DNA from: a virus | Taxonomy: Duplodnaviria; Caudoviricetes | Reading direction: 5' to 3' (one strand) | IMG/VR virus record: IMGVR_UViG_3300027994_000012 | Location: 1 to 33,622 of that record | DNA length: 33,622 bases | Part shown: in pieces, positions 32,882-33,622 of the stretch | Layout of the letters: every line of letters starts with the position of its first letter | Position numbering within the stretch: the first letter of the stretch is position 1 | The notes under the pieces: generated by a model | Database searches by the model: none | Told to the model about the DNA's origin: nothing | The model's input: the letters and a program-made list of their open reading frames with translations, nothing else | Made by a program: the position numbers and the translations under genes

Positions 32882-33235
32882 TTATTTGTTCGCGCCGACG
32901 TCTTGTGCTTTGACCGCAATACCTGTTGGTTTCCATAACCCATAGTATGTCGATACCGATACCACAAAGGCTGGTATGAGCAATATGAGCGCAAGCCCAA
33001 TGTCAAACGCTGTGCCAGTGGCAATCGCATCACCGATGCCTGTAAGCACCGATGTGACGAGCGTGAAAGCTGCCAAGAGCCATGCCTTGGTTGCACCCGA
33101 TGTGACACGAGTGGTAACCAAGCCGACCAATAGCGGCATGAACGTACTTAATATCAATTGAATGACAAGCGCTGGGTCAACTGAAAAGGTGATCACTGGT
33201 GCCGCTGTCGTTGCTACTGCTAGTAATTCAAACAC
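32882..33235 (-). CDS. Holin
   Basis: Three hydrophobic segments, directly after endolysin; PLLVGLVT..KAWLLA..YYGLWKPTG as in actinophage holins. Confidence 0.8.
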   Translation of the reverse strand: MFELLAVATTAAPVITFSVDPALVIQLILSTFMPLLVGLVTTRVTSGATKAWLLAAFTLVTSVLTGIGDAIATGTAFDIGLALILLIPAFVVSVSTYYGLWKPTGIAVKAQDVGANK

Positions 33236-33239
33236 GGTT

Positions 33240-33622
33240 TTAATATCCTAATTTACGGTTTACTAATGATTGCACTTCGTCGGCATTATAGCCAGCTGCG
33301 CGCAATTTATCTGCTCGTTGAGGGTTGTTACCCCAACCACCTTGACCAGCAATGATCTCGTTGGCAATTTGGTCAGCTGATTTCTTTGAGCCGCCACCTG
33401 CGCCCAATTTGGCGTTTACTTTTGCTTGGACCGCATCAAAGTTGTAACCTGCGCGAGTCAGTCGGTCGCGGCGCTCATCGCCATTGCCCCACGCGCCAGC
33501 AATCACTTGGTTCGCTACTTCGTCATCAGACAAGCGTGCTGGTGCCGCTGGTGTGACTTTACCGTTCACAATGGCTTGTACTGCATTGTAGTCGTAACCT
33601 GCCGCTGTGAGGGCGTTTACGC
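33240..33622 (-). CDS. Endolysin, C-terminal part (CW_7-type repeats)
   Basis: In frame with 1-658 after removing the 6-nt terminal overlap; SDDEVANQVIAGAWGNGDERRDRL and SADQIANEIIAG..WGNNPQR repeats; total about 344 aa. Confidence 0.9.
   Translation of the reverse strand, partial: VNALTAAGYDYNAVQAIVNGKVTPAAPARLSDDEVANQVIAGAWGNGDERRDRLTRAGYNFDAVQAKVNAKLGAGGGSKKSADQIANEIIAGQGGWGNNPQRADKLRAAGYNADEVQSLVNRKLGY

Noticed and set aside
1-33622. Stop-codon reassignment, diversity-generating retroelement, integrase/att site
   Set aside because: Genes are full length in code 11 with TAA, TAG and TGA all used as stops; no reverse transcriptase, TR/VR pair or integrase motif was seen.

Overview
The window is almost certainly a complete, circularly permuted genome (about 33.6 kb) of a tailed siphovirus-type phage. 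The last 6 nt (ttacgc) repeat the first 6, and joining the ends restores one in-frame endolysin (M15-like Zn peptidase plus four CW_7-type repeats). Nearly all genes are on the minus strand. The virion genes (terminases, portal, VG15/MuF-like protein, scaffold, capsid, neck proteins, tail tube, frameshifted chaperone, tape measure, Dit, Tal-like protein) resemble r1t/TM4-type modules, but their canonical order is broken into blocks, most with their own extended -10 promoter. The only plus-strand operon encodes two glycosyltransferase-type proteins and a polysaccharide pyruvyltransferase, and both capsid and tail tube end in -Ala-Ser, suggesting virion glycosylation with pyruvylation. I recognise no integrase, CI-type repressor, polymerase, primase, helicase or SSB. 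Instead there is an oriC-like locus (tandem DnaA boxes plus 19-bp repeats) and a candidate ~80-nt RNA whose loop is complementary to a CGAAATGGAG ribosome-binding motif shared by four genes. Other non-coding signals are an identical 29-nt leader before portal and tape measure, a tRNA-like element and a cos-like site. All product calls come from motif recognition by eye; no database searches were run.
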